A stretch of DNA of 63,315 nt, the filler included, from Welwitschia mirabilis (lineage: Eukaryota), in assembly GCA_051453625.1 (NCBI GenBank). It is 6 parts of one record of this genome, joined end to end, with 100 filler letters (N's around TTAATTAATTAA, not from the genome) between each part and the next. Parts side by side here need not be neighbours in the genome. Positions count along the whole stretch, not along the records: positions 27,626 to 49,837 come from JBOZIK010000001.1; positions 49,938 to 55,576 come from JBOZIK010000001.1; 4 more parts are not named here. One strand, written 5' to 3'. Below the pieces are notes generated by a model that worked only from the letters and a program-made list of their open reading frames with translations, did not search any database and was not told where the DNA came from. The translations under genes were made by a program, and so were the position numbers. Below, piece by piece: positions 40,207 through 53,499 of the stretch. Positions within the stretch are counted from its first letter, which is position 1; each line of letters opens with the position of its first letter.

Positions 40207-40849
40207 TCAGTGTTGCATTGCTAGTAAGCATTTATAGCCCGGACGCAGTTGATTATGTCATAATTAGATCATTAGAGTTGTATTGCCAATGAGAACGCTG
40301 ATATAGTTAACTAAACCCAGTTAAGTGATTAATGGACCTGTGCATTTGATATTTTTTGTTTCTCCTTCTTCTCATATTCATTTTTTTATGCACATTACAG
40401 GGGTCATTGGCTCATTAGCCTAGTCAAGAAAAATCTTGTCTCCATCAAAAGCTTTAAACATAAGAAACATAATACGAAAATGCATCCACTTTTTTCAGCC
40501 ATGTTTTACCGAAATCGAAGACCTTAAGTGAACGTGACTTTTACGATCAAACTCAAAATAAGCGTAACTTTTTCTTAAAAACCCATAACTGTACTTGATC
40601 ATAACTATTACTTAAATGATAACAAGATCGCTTATTATTGATTTTTATTAAAGGCCTTAATCTGGGTCTGTAAGTCTGATGAATTTATAAGTGAATGACT
40701 AGGGTGGATGGTTTGTTGGCTTAATGTAGTTGGTGAGAAATGGAAGGGGTTAATGGAGAGGCTTAAGTGGATGATTGAATAAGCGATAATGCTTTAAGGT
40801 TTCATAAGAAAAATATCCTTAGGCAACACTTGACTTCTTATGGAATGAC

Positions 40850-43442
40850 TCATTTCAGGAGTTCAGAAGACTCAAAAGCATTGTAATGAATAGGTTCAGA
40901 GTTGGAAAAACGAGAGTCAAGTGATGGCATAGGATGGGGAATATTTTTAAGGGCAGACTCTAAACACAAGTTCAAAGCATAGGGAGTGCAAACAGTAGAG
41001 TCCAAACACTCAAAGTTAGATCGGTTCCATCCTATGCTATTTTTATGCTTCTCTAAAAGATGGTGCAAAACATCTTCCTTAAAAGGAGGTTTGATAGAAT
41101 TCAAAGAAGTATGTTTTACACTCCTATGAGGTAATTCTAAAGCATCGAAGGAGTTGTTTCCATGATCAATGTTTAATTTAAAATCAAATAGGGAAGCATT
41201 TAGAGCATGAGGAGAACATTCAGAGTCACAAATTTCATTAATAAGATTAACCTCTTTAGGATCTCTTGGTAATTTCATCGTGTTGAAAATATTCGAGTTT
41301 ATAGTATGTTACTAAACAATATTTTCATTTGACCATTCCTATAATTAATTAGAGTGTTGGATGTCGCAAAGCAAGGTCTTCCGACAATAATTGGTATTGC
41401 ATTATGTTTTGTTGTTTCCATTTCTAAAACAATGAAGTCTAACCAGGAAATAGCAGTTATCTACTCTAACTATTACATCTTCAACTCTTCCTAATGGTGA
41501 CTTCATATCATTGTCGGCCAATTGCAATTGGACTTTAGTATTTTTAAGATCATTTAAGCCAAGTTCCTTGTACACATAATGGGGTAGAATGTTAACACTA
41601 GCTTCAAGGTCCAACAAGGCTTACTTAATATTTTTATCTCCAATTGTAATGGCTATCATTAGGCAACCAGGATCTTTATCCTCAGGCAGCAATTGGTTTT
41701 GAAGGATCGCGCTGGTCTATTGGGCTAAGAAGGCTTTACTTTTCATGTTCATGCATCTCTTTACTGTGCACATATCCGTAAGCAATTTCACATATGAGGG
41801 CATCTGTTTAATTGCTTCTAAAAGAGGCATGTTGATTTTGAATTTATTAAAAATTTCTAAGGTCTCTCGTTATTGCTTTTCTATGTTCTCCTTCCTAAGT
41901 CATTACAAAAATGGTAAAGCTCTTTGTAAATGGACAAGGGTTTTGCTAAGTCTTTTACGATTTCCTTATTACTACTTGGGGGAAGGGTTAGGGTTCTTTG
42001 TAAGAAGTTGTTGGCAATTTTGTGTCCTTTATTTTTTTTCTTTCCTTTCATCTTTAGATTGACTTTGATTTATTTCTTGGTTTATCTCTATGCCACTTCA
42101 AAGGTGAATAACCTTGCTTTGTTGTATTTGGCTTGGCTTTCCTTCTGTAAATCTAACTTCTTTGGGGTTTGGCTGTGAATTCATAGGGAGTTTCCCTAGT
42201 TCTTTTTGGTTTAGGGAAGAGAGAATGTGGGTTTGGGTTTGTTGAAGTTGTTGAAGAACTTGGGTCAGGGTTTGAGTGGTTTGTTCAAGGTTGTTTAATA
42301 AGGAGGAATGTTGCTTTAGAATTTGTTCATGATCACGGTTGAGTTGGGCTTGGGTTTCCATGAATTTTTTCAATGATTCCTCCAAAGGGGTGGATGAAGA
42401 TGGTTTTTGATAGCTTGATGGAAATGGCTGGGAGGATGATGAGGGGAATGAATTTCTTGGTTGCTTGTTTTGATTTTGACTATACAAATTATCTTGCTTC
42501 CCAAAAATGTTGGAGTGACTCCTCCACCTGGGGTTGTAGGTGTTGGAATATGGGTCATTTTTTGGCTTTGTCAATGGTGTCCTACTGCATTAACTTGTTC
42601 ATTTACTGGCTGTCTCATGTGTGCCTATGTGGCAAATCAAGCATTCATGTTTGGGAGGCAAAGGTAAAGGTGAGGTGGACAACGATCCTACTCTTCTTGC
42701 TAATTCATTTATCCTAATGTTGACTTCTAAGTTATCAAGTACTTTGAATATACTAGTGGACCTAACAAGATGATGAAATCTAGATGGTTTACTTGACTTC
42801 TCCTAGTTTTTAGTACTCTTAGGTACAGTTTCAAGGTAGTCCCAAACTTCATCTAATGGCATACTAAGAAGACTTCCCCTACGCGTCATCTCAACTAATT
42901 TCCTATTGTTTGTGGATAGCCCATCGTAAAAGAAACTAATTTCCCTCCCTGGCTCAAGTCCATGCTGTGAGCATTTTTGCAACAAGTCCTTAAATCTTTC
43001 TAAGGCTTGGGAAAAAGCCTCATAGTCCTTTTGTTGATAATTCACTATGTCATGTCTTAAGGCATTTGTTTTGTGATTTGGGAAGAATTCAAATATAAAA
43101 GCCTTGTAAATTAGACCAGGACCTAATGGATAAGCACTTGAGGTTGTAGAGCCATGATTTAGCCCTCTCTTTTAAGGAAAATGAAAAAAGAGTGATCTTA
43201 AGGGTATCGTAAGTGTTCGGATATTGAGGTATAGTTCAGAATACACATTCGAAGTCCTTAAGGTGTAAGTATGGATCCTTTGATTCTAAACCATGAAAGT
43301 GAGGTAATAGCTGAATGGTGGAGGGTTTGAATGCTAACCTTTGGTTTATAGGCTGTTGTACTATGCATGAAAGGGTTTCTAAGCATTCAGGTTGAAGGTA
43401 ATCGCAAAGGGTCTGTTGGAGGGGGGGTGTTGTTGGCTGCAT
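40850..43442 (-). pseudogene. Broken Athila-like gag-protease ORF
   Basis: TLCDYLQP..LLPHFHGLESKDPYLHL, ERFKDLLQKCSQHG, PYSNTYNPRWRSH and LDLEASVNILP..LQLAD. Ends after IGWNRSNFECL with no RT. Confidence 0.9.
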
Positions 43443-44420
43443 TATTTTGATTTTTAGCTATCTCTTGGTTAAGGTAGAAGGTATTTAATTGGTTGATTAT
43501 TTATTGGTTTAACCATAGTCTGCTAAAAAGAAATCAAAAACTAGATTGGGCATTCACATTTTGTTGTTGGGCTGAAGAGGCTTGTTCTCTTCGAGTGTTA
43601 TCATGGGGTTAGTTTTCCTATGGAATTCTCTATTGTTCTTTAGAAATGGGGCCCATATTGAAGGGATTTCTAATCAATCTTCTTGACTCATCGCAGATCC
43701 AAGGCATGCAAGGTTCAAATGGGTTTCAGACAAATTCCGGGGAGGTTTCAAATAGAGTCCAAATGATAGAGAGGTTTCCAAACTTTGACAGAAGGTTTGG
43801 GCAAAGATTCAAAAAATTTTGCTTAAGAAAGCCGATGGCACCGGTGAGGGAAATTGGCAACGTTGGTTAGGATGCATGTTATAGTCTCAAAAAAATCTCA
43901 GGGGTTCATAGAATTTTCGTAGAAAGTTTGACATAGTAGGGTTACGGAAAAATGTAACAGAAATAAAAAATGGCAGCACACTCAAAACCAATCCTAACAA
44001 AAAGTAAATCATAAAATATTTTTAGCATTTTAACGTTTTAAAAAATGAATTTGCAAAATGCACTAAACAAAAAATTAAACCATAGGAAATAAAAGAAAGC
44101 ACACAAGGTGAGTTAAATTTTGGTTTTTTTGTCCATTGATTGCAACCTGCAAAAACTCTGGTAGACCTACAATGCTAATCATGTCAAAGCAGAAAAACTA
44201 AAGAAAGCTCAAAACTGGACTAGTTCAAGTATCACTGGAAATGACCAATCCTAACCACTAGAAAAAAGAGAGAAAGGAAATAAACAAACAAAAGAAATAA
44301 GACCAATTTGGGTATCATTGGAGTAGACTTGTACCCACCACTGGAAAAACAAAAAACTAAATTAAAAAGCTTCCAAGAAAGTAAAATTTGTGCTCTTTCT
44401 AAGTAGCTACCATGCCATTA

Positions 44421-44438
44421 TCCTTGGCAATGGCGCCA
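44421..44438 (-). promoter_or_regulatory. Athila-type primer-binding site
   Basis: Minus strand reads TGGCGCCATTGCCAAGGA, adjacent to the LTR end at 44444. Confidence 0.85.
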
Positions 44439-44443
44439 AACTT

Positions 44444-45807
44444 TGTTCATTTAAGTACAATGAACCGGATTTAAACTGCGTGAATGCCCAATATCATTTT
44501 CTCCATAGGGATAATTGGGGTGGATTTCAGAATCTATACAAGTCTTGCTTATTTGCACGTTACAATAAAAGAAAGGGGAAAAAGGGAAAAGAGAGATGAG
44601 AATGTTGTTTTGAAACTTTGTTTAGAGAGGCAGGGAAGCAAGCAAGCTCCAAGATTTAGCCCAACTTGTCCGCCAGCGATTCTTCACTCTAATGACATCC
44701 TGCACCTTCTTGAAACATAGTTCAAATTATGAAGTAATGATAACTTAGGTCATGGTGACATAATCTCATTCACTATCTGAAAGTTAGTGAATTTGAGAGT
44801 TACTTGGTTCTTCATAGCCCTAAAATAAGCATGGAAAGTAAGTACTTAATGTACTTGAGATCCATCGAATAGAAGAGACAGACCAATTAACTAACGAACT
44901 CACTTAGTTAACAAAAGAATTTGATAACGTAGATTCACTAAACATTAAAAATACAAAGCTAACCATGACTTAAATTCAAAATGAACATCTACTTTGTATT
45001 AAATGAAAAGAAATACATTACATCAAAGGAAGAAGAAGGAAACAGGAAAAGACTCCTCAAGCTATCCTTGAAGCAAGCTCACTCCCTAAAGAAAGTACTT
45101 AGAAGGCTATGTCGACTTGACACTTCAAGGGTTCTATTGCTTTGCCAAAATGAAGGATGTTACAAATGAAGGCTTGAGGCCCTTTTATAGGCAAGCATGG
45201 GGTAGGAGGTGGTTAGAAGCCTTTGGCTTGTAATGTTAGGTGAGTGGTTATAAAATGTGTCATGTAGCATTAAGTAGGGTCTTTGTCATTTTGCATTACA
45301 TAGGAATCATCATGACAAGCCCAACACTTGGCTTTTAGACACTGCTGCCTCCGTTAACTAATGATGCTTGCGATATGTCTCCACCATCATCCTACTCAGC
45401 ACTGTCACATGTCGCTGCTGTGTGTTGTCGTCATTACCGCTATGTGTCATTGATGATGCTTGCTATTTATTAGGTAAAATCTGTTTAAATCCATAACTAC
45501 ATTTGGCTGAATTTTCCATGACAAGTTCAGAATATGAGATTTGATGTATTTTGCATAGAAGGACCAATGACGCTAATGACCTAGATGGCGACGCAAGTGT
45601 TTTAAGCTAGATGATCATCATATTTTAGCATGTCCTTCAGAATGAGATAAATGTCCTAAAATTGTCACGGGAAGATGATAAGTTAATAAATAATATTAAA
45701 AAGCAAAAAAAGACATAATATCATGATAAGTTAGTTATATTAATGGCTTTTGTTAAGTTAAATTTGTCATACAACCTGATCAGAATGTCAATTTTTACAA
45801 GTTAAGA
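44444..45807 (-). repeat. Right (5') LTR
   Basis: Collinear with 35399-36990, adjacent to the PBS and followed by the TSD CTTAC. Confidence 0.9.
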
Positions 45808-46884
45808 CTTACCTATTAGGACTAACTTTTTGGTTATCGAATAGGGTCTTGCACTTCATAACTTTCTGAAATAATTCAAGCTTTTGATTGGACAAATTTT
45901 GCAAGGTGACAAAAAGCAACTATCATTACTGTCCATGTTGAGGTTTAAAGAAGAGTCTTGTTTTGAATCTTGTTCGTTATCATCCCTTTCATTTCTTTGA
46001 TTGATAAAATTATGTTGTCACAAGGGCATCTCTTGCCTCAACAATCCATTTCAAAGTTGTTTGTACTTATTGACTTTAAAGACTTTTGTTGCTATGAGAT
46101 TTCCTTGCAATAAATGGTTTTGCACTTCTTGTCTTTGTCAAAAGATTTTTGCCAGTTGCATGGGGATTACTTGCACTGACTATTTTCTGCAGCAATGACT
46201 ATGGGATCCCACCAAGTGGGCAAAATTTTGTGTTTGTTTTATTTTACATATTTATAGACTTTATGTGAACTATGTTTCAATAATTTCCCCAATTAATAAA
46301 ACTATGTATTAGATTTAGAAAAATGAAATGAGACATGAACAAAATCTCATGAACAATGCCAGAAGCAACAGAATAATAAAAGAAAGAAGAAAAATGAACT
46401 CTAATGAAAGAACCTGAAAATGGGAGTTAACTTCAATGAAAACTTTGTTTTGTCAAGGGAAACAATACAATTTGAACTTTTGTGAATAGAACTTGATACA
46501 AAACATAATTTGTCTTAGAATTTGTAGGATGTCTCGTATGAGAACATTGATGGAATTATTCCAAGACTCTTTTGTCTCTCTTTAATAAGAGAAGAGAGAC
46601 CTACTAAGCCAAAACTATTACATAAGCTAGAGCCTAGAGGAGATTAGGGAAGCATTGTGAGTGCTTAGGTTTTGACATTGAGCCGATCCTTTGAGTTTGG
46701 CTAAGGGAGAAATGTGAGTATGCTCTTAAAGTTTGAGCATTTAAGGAAAAACCAACTAAAAGTTGGGGTTTTGTTCATGTTGGAACTAAGACCACATGAA
46801 AGTGGTTCAAAGAAGAAACACACACTTAGATATTATATTAAACTACAGGGATTACGAGCATAAAGGCCATGGCTTATATACGTA

Positions 46885-47982
46885 TGTTAGCAGGATCAAC
46901 CCTAGAGGGGGTGAATAGGGTAATCTTTAAAACTCAAACAATTCAAAATAACTCAATCTACTGGAAATAGATAAAACAATGAAAGCACAAATTTATAATG
47001 GTGGAGAGTCACCACCCTTCAACTTCTAGACACTATGTCTCAAGCTAGCTTATATTAACCACAACCAACGGTTTTTAGGCTCATCAATAATCTTTTACAA
47101 CCAACAATGGATTTTAGGGTTCATCCACAACCACAAAAAGGAAGAGATTGTGGAATGTGGACAGGTGCATAGATGTAATCCCCTAGTGCAATATAAAGGT
47201 CAAATCTCTATAGCAAGATGGGATAAGATGCTCAAGAATGATTACTAGGTATATCAGTATATGAGGTATAGTATAGTCTTTTCAGAGTCATAGTAAATCT
47301 TTTTCAAAGTTTGATCAATAACAAGATCTTTTGAAAGATTCCTTTAAATAGAACAGACTTAAAATGACCATTCCTAAGATTCAATGTAGATCTTTGTTTC
47401 TTAGATCCACCTTGAGGAGTGTGATGCACCCTAATGACTAATACAATTACAAGTTTGGTCGATCTTAACATTTGTTCGGTCGCTCTCACAAGTCCTAGAA
47501 ATTGTTTGTTTAGATTTAACTTCGGTCACCCTCTTAGTAAGTCTTGGTCATTCTTAACTGGTGCAGACCTTGGTTCTAGTGTAGAACCTGATTTTCAATG
47601 GGTTGACCTCATGACACAGTTTGGTTGCCCTTTGACATCTTGGCTTAATTTTCATAGATCATCCAGTTGCCCTTAGAAACATACTCTATCGCCCATTTTG
47701 AATTCGGTTGATTTCCTCTTTTTCATTTGATCGCCCATACAACCAACTTTGGTTGCCTGTTCTTCACTTGGTTGAGTTTTCTCCTTCTGAATCCAGTCGC
47801 TCTGAGAGAATATCCGGTCGCCTAATTATGTTGCAGTTTTCAGTTTTCTTGTGACAGTTCGGTTGCCCCTAGGAAGTAATCTAGTTGCCCTTTCATGAAA
47901 TTGTCTGCAAAACAAGTTATATACAAAACCTCTAAAGCACGTTATTATCACCATATCAATCAAGGATAAATATTTTCGAACA
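46885..47982 (-). mobile_element. Sirevirus-like 3' LTR
   Basis: TGTT...AACA termini and ccctagagggggtgaataggg motif. About a dozen ggtcgcc/ggttgcc motifs at 47475-47890. PPT ctccccctttg at 47985-47995. Confidence 0.85.
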
Positions 47983-48925
47983 AACTCCCCCTTTGTCATT
48001 GATTGGAGAAAAGACTAGGCAAGATATAAAAGAAATAAATTCTCTCCTTTAATCTATCACAAGAGAAACATTGCATGTATATAAAAATGAGTATAGCAAG
48101 AGAATGATACTGAATCAAACTAATTTGCATGAAGATGAATTTTATTTGCATTATTAAAAAACCATTTTGACAATAATACAGTTTCAATATCATTGAATCA
48201 TTAGATACCAACAAGTTTAAATTACATATGCACTGGAAGGACAACAATTGATACAATTTGCTAGAGGTATACAAAATAATCATACAAAAATTCAACTGTC
48301 CCTACAAAAACATCTCCATACGAAAACATAGGAAGACTCCCCTTTTTTTTCGAAATCAAGGATAGGGAGAGAAAGGAGATAGAAGATAAAACTAATCAGA
48401 TTCAGAGGAATCACCAAAAGAGGAAGCATCTCCACTCTGAGAAGTATTTGCCACTAGAGTGCCACTAACAATCAAAGCTGCCTTGATGTGCCTGGTCCCA
48501 GAGTCCAGCCTGTGAAGCAGGTGAAGAATTTTTGGCATGTGAGAAGCTTTCACTTTTGGTTTGAATGACGGAGCTGGCTTATCAAATAGATGCATACAAG
48601 ATAAAGTGGCTCAGTCAATGGGGCCCATTGGCTTGAGAACCTCCTAGCAAGATAAGTGAGGGATGCCAAAGTATTGCCAAATACAGGTGATGAGAAAAGG
48701 ATATGACAGAGAATGCTTTTTATGGGGAGGAAGCTGATGGACCATGTGACAAAGCATTATTCCAGGAGCATCAATATCGTGTCTACAACCCAACAAGTAA
48801 AGCAAGAATGCACAATAGTTTGACAATTCATCATAGTAACTAGCTCCTAGAAGAAAGTTGTATGAAAGTTATAAATGTAATAAATGAAACCTAGGAAGAA
48901 GTTGAGAGGCATTAAGTGTCTTTTT
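47983..48925 (-). mobile_element. Sirevirus 3' region with an extra PPT and a broken env-like ORF
   Basis: Second PPT ctccccttttt at ~48337. ORF pieces 48392-48826 include LSYPFLITCIWQYFGI, which resembles Sirevirus extra-ORF motifs. Confidence 0.6.
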
Positions 48926-49881
48926 CAAATCTAGTGCAACAAACCCTCAACACAACCCCCTTTAAATAGGGTTAGGGTTTTAAGCCAACTCAAAAACCAT
49001 ATTTAGTCTTTTGCCCTTTTATCTTTTGTTTACATTAGTTAACTACCTAAAGGGAGTTATATAACTTCTCTTTACAATATGTTTAATTACAAAGGGGACT
49101 ATGTTTATAACGTAAAACACTAGTTTCGCTTCATATTCCAACATTCTCCTACTTGAAGACAAAATTAGTGGCCTCCAAGATCTTCAATTCCACTCCAAAC
49201 TCTACCATAGAGATGCTTGCTTCCAACTCTATCATCGGCTTAAGTCAAGTCTATTGCAACAGGTCCTCTGCTTCAACCCATCCACAACCTTCATAAGGAA
49301 ATCAGCAAGGTTATTTTTGGTATGAATCTTGCATAGCTCTAGCACTCCTTTCTTCATCATCTACCTAATGAAGTGGTACTTAACGTTAATGTGCTTGGTT
49401 CGTGCATGATATACTAGATTCCTATTAAGTTGTATGACACTCTGACTATCATAGAATAGCCCAAACTTAGATTGTTTCAAGCCAAGCCATCCAAGAAAAC
49501 CACATAGCCATACCAACTCCTTTGTAGCCTTAGTCAATGCCACATATTCCGCCTCTGTAGTTGACAATACCACATCAGCCTGCAAACATGACCTTCAACT
49601 TACTACAACACACTTAGAGTAAAAACATACCCTAAAGTCAACCTTCTGTTATCTTTGCAACTAGCAAAATCTGAATCCACATAACCTATCAGGTGCAAAT
49701 CAGCACCTCCAAAACACAAGCACCTATCTTATGTGCCTCGCAAATATTTGAAGACCCACTTGAACGACTTGCAGTGCTCTAGACCTGGATTACTCATAAA
49801 ACATGAGACAACTCCCATTGCATAAGCAATATTTGGCNNNNNNNNNNNNNNNNNNNNNNNNNNNNNNNNNNNNNNNNNNNN

Positions 49882-49893
49882 TTAATTAATTAA
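49882..49893. other. Artificial scaffold linker TTAATTAATTAA
   Basis: Same N44-linker-N44 structure. Confidence 0.97.
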
Positions 49894-49937
49894 NNNNNNN
49901 NNNNNNNNNNNNNNNNNNNNNNNNNNNNNNNNNNNNN

Positions 49938-50185
49938 TTTTATAAGCCAAAATGATGGTGGCCCCTCAAAAATATCTTTAAAAAAGTGTGTTTTAAAAAA
50001 AAAGTTTTTTTTGCCCTAACTTGTGCTGACTCGCTGTGACTCGCCTAACTCGTGAGTCACTGAGAAACTGGCAAGTTTTGGAGGGTGACTCACACTCGGC
50101 AAGTCACACCTCACTCGATTCACGAGTACCAAAAAACTTGTGACTCGTGCGTACTCGCTGAGACTCGGTAAGTTATGCAACAATG
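49938..50185. mobile_element. End of a non-autonomous DNA transposon (MITE/hAT-like) inserted in the copia integrase
   Basis: Dense GACTCG/CGAGT motif cluster ending atgcaacaatg. Copia coding (minus SHLRIYSCVA) resumes at 50186. The other end is in the gap. Confidence 0.6.
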
Positions 50186-53100
50186 AGCTACACAACTATA
50201 AATCCTCAAATGTGAAAGACTCATCGAGCTCCCACTCTAGAGAGATTTTAGACATTACCATTTAAAGCTAAATGTGGTGATCTATTGATCAGGTATGTGG
50301 TTGTCTTAGCAGCCTTTGCCCAAAATCTTTTAGGCATTCCAGATGAGGATAGCATGGATTTAATTCTATCTAGGATAGTTTAGTTATATCTTTTAGCTAT
50401 CCTGTTGTTCTGAGGAGTACCAAGTGGAGTCAACATATGCATAATTCCTGCTTCCTGACAAAAGATAGCAAACTCATGTGAGGTATATCCACCTCCATTA
50501 TCAGCCACTTAGCATTTGACTTTTCTTCCAGACTCATTTTCAACACGAGCCTTAAATTCTTTGAATTTACTCAAAGCCTGACTTTTAGAATGCATAAAGT
50601 AAACCTGTGTCTTCTTACTGAATCTATCTATAAAAGGAAAAAAACACAAATCCACCCAATGAAGTGACAGACATAGAACCAACAACATCAAAATAGACAA
50701 CATCAAGCTTTCCTATAATTCTATATATAGGATTTTTCTTAAAATTCACATGCCTATTTTTGCTAACAACACAATTATGAGAAAAGTCAAGAGAAACAAA
50801 AGAGAAACTAGGGAGAAGTAATTTTGAAGATAATACCTTCATCCCAGTAGCACTCAAGTGACCCAGTCATTACTACCATAAGAAAATTCATCTGTAGTGG
50901 CAGCAACCACAATACCACCAATAGCCTTCGCTCTAAGAATATACAAGGTTCCTTACTTCTTCCCTTGCAACAGGGTCATATCTTCTTTGCTAACCTTCCA
51001 TGTGCCACCTTCATGCTTGCAATCAAGATTATCCAATTGGCTAGAAGAAATCAGATTCTTAGCCAACTTGCGAACATGATGTATGTTTCTCAATGTGAGT
51101 GTCTAGCCTCTATCCTATTTTAGGATCACGGTACCAACTCCATCAATGTTGCAAACTCTATCATTCCCTAAATAAATTCGCTGCCCAACAACTGATCTAT
51201 ATTTAGAGAAATATTCTCTAAAAGGACAAATGTGGAAGGAATCTCCAGAATCAAGGATCCAGATATCAAGAGTATTATATTTGGAAACATTAACTGTAGC
51301 ATCAGCAACTACCAAAATAATTACTTCACCATTTGAAGTAACCTCAACTTCTCTAGGCTCTAACCTCGTCTCCTTCCTTTTATTCTTCAAAAAAGGACGA
51401 TCCTTCCAAAGGTGACCTCTCTCCTTGCAGTTCCAGTAAACTAGTCCTCTACCAGCAAATTTCCCTCTACTCTGACTTGCTTCGCGTTTTCCACCTTTGA
51501 CTTGTGAATGGCCTCTCCTGGCATTCAAAGCCTTTCTAGACATTGAGGTTCCAGAGCCAACATCCATAGATCTGTGGTGCCTTTCTACATCTGTTAGTTT
51601 TGCAATTATTGTGTCATAAACTCTTGGATGCAGCGGTCAAGGTTGTCCTTATGGTCTCCCATGAATCCGTAAGAGAACTCAACAAGGCACAGACCTTCAG
51701 ATCTTTCTCGAAATCAATACCCAAGTCTCCTACTTGAGCAAATAGATCATTCATGTTGTCTAGGTGATTTTGCAATGAGGGACCTTCCTGCATCTTCATC
51801 TTGAAGATCCTGTTCATCGTATGATATTTGTTCATACCAATAGGTTGAACATACCTCTCCTTCAGTGTTCTCCAAAGAATGCTAGCTTCAATCAATGTCC
51901 TGTAAGAATTCAGGATTCCTTTGCTAACACAAGATCGAAGGTAACTTGTTGCATGTCAGTTCATATATCTCTAGGTAGCATCTAGATTTTTCTCATTAAA
52001 CTTGTCTGGTGTCAAACTAGTTTTTGAGATTACCTCCTGCTTTTTCAAAAGAGCTAAATCGTAGCCCTTAAGGTACAGAGTGTCTTCCATTAAGACCTTC
52101 CAGTTGGCCTAGTTTTCAGCCCCTTTCAATCTACCCTCATTCTGCAATCGATCCATCATGGATTACATGGGCTGTACAGACGATGCACGAGTGTATAGAT
52201 GTCAAAAAATGATTGTATGGACGTCCAAAAAATTTTGTGCTCACTTGCTTGCAAGGTTCATTATGCTACCCTAGATTTCACAAGTTGCAACGCTTCAATT
52301 CGCAACAACAATAGCTCTAATATTGCTTGTTAAAAATTCAGAGAGAAAAGCTATGCTAAAGCGTCCAGAATAGCAAGCAAAACATCAACACTAGGATTTA
52401 ACATCGGAACCCTTTCAGGCAAGAACCATGGGAAACATGCAAACCTCTCCTAGGTGGAGCAAAGAAAGAATCAAATCTAGTACAACAAACCCTCTCCGCA
52501 ACCCCCTTTAAACAGGGTTAGGGTTTCAATCCAACTCAAAGACCACATTCAATCTTTTGTGCTTTTATCTTTTGTTTACATTAGTTAACTACCTAAAGGG
52601 AGTTTACACAACTTCCCTTTACAACATGTTTAATTACAAAGGGGACAACATTTAGAAATATAATGTTAAAACTCTAATTTGGCTTCATATCCCAACACAA
52701 AAAAGAAAACACCTCAAAAATATGTACCTATTGTTTCCAACTAGTTACGTGATGCTGAAATGTCCATTGGCCCATGGTCATAAACTCAACATCTATGCAG
52801 TGCGAAGCATAGCAATTCCAAGATTAAGTGCTGCTGCAAGTCAAGGACGGGTGCATTATAAAATAAAATTCATGTAGGGTTTGATTCAGTATCTTTGCTT
52901 ATTTTTCATTTACAAACAAGAAGGCAGGCAAAGGAAATAACTAATACATGTAAACATGTGAAGAGAAGCCATACCTTTTAGCGACTTTGTATTCTAGTGA
53001 TGAATACCTTGGAATTGCCAAGTCTAGAACTGTATGCTTGCCAGAAATGCTGGCTATACGATAGAAAAAGGAATCTAGAGATTAAAGACTCAGAGCACAA

Positions 53101-53499
53101 GAGTACATAACTACATATATGGTCACTATCGCCCGTTATTATTGCCCGCTTTAGGCAGGTTTTCTTTTCCAGACTCTATGGTCAGGTTGTTGAAATATAA
53201 TTTCTGTTAATTCCACTATTGATATGTAAATGTACCCCTTAATCCATGGTATTTAGGAAAATTGAATAAAAATAAATTCTTTACAAATAACTTGCTTAAA
53301 TGTATATTTTATATACATTTACTATTTGGCCAAGAGATATGAATTTCTGTACAAGCATTAATCTAATTGCATTTTGCCATCACATTGGTGTTGACTTTTA
53401 CCACAATGAACTTTGACTTCTCCCTTAGTCATTGTTCACTTTTACTTGTAAAGTCAATGTTGATCATTCACCGAAAGTCATTGTCTCACTCATAAGAGT

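Larger units (their letters stand above)
35399..45807 (-). mobile_element. Athila-like LTR element bounded by the 5-bp TSD CTTAC; encodes gag and protease only
   Basis: Paired LTRs at 35399-36990 and 44444-45807. CTTAC at 35394-35398 and 45808-45812. PBS at 44421-44438. Gag and protease fragments on the minus strand. Confidence 0.85.
48926..52697 (-). mobile_element. Ty1/copia element of a second family: 5' LTR 52328-52697, degenerate gag-pol 52159 to ~49230, truncated 3' LTR 48926-49143
   Basis: Eroded PBS at 52314-52325. Gag ALLSSLTDSWE, eroded zinc knuckle, protease WILDSG, integrase TPQNNRIA and RNaseH LSTTEAEY..HARTKHINVKYHFIR. PPT ttctcctactt at 49144-49154. Confidence 0.9.
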
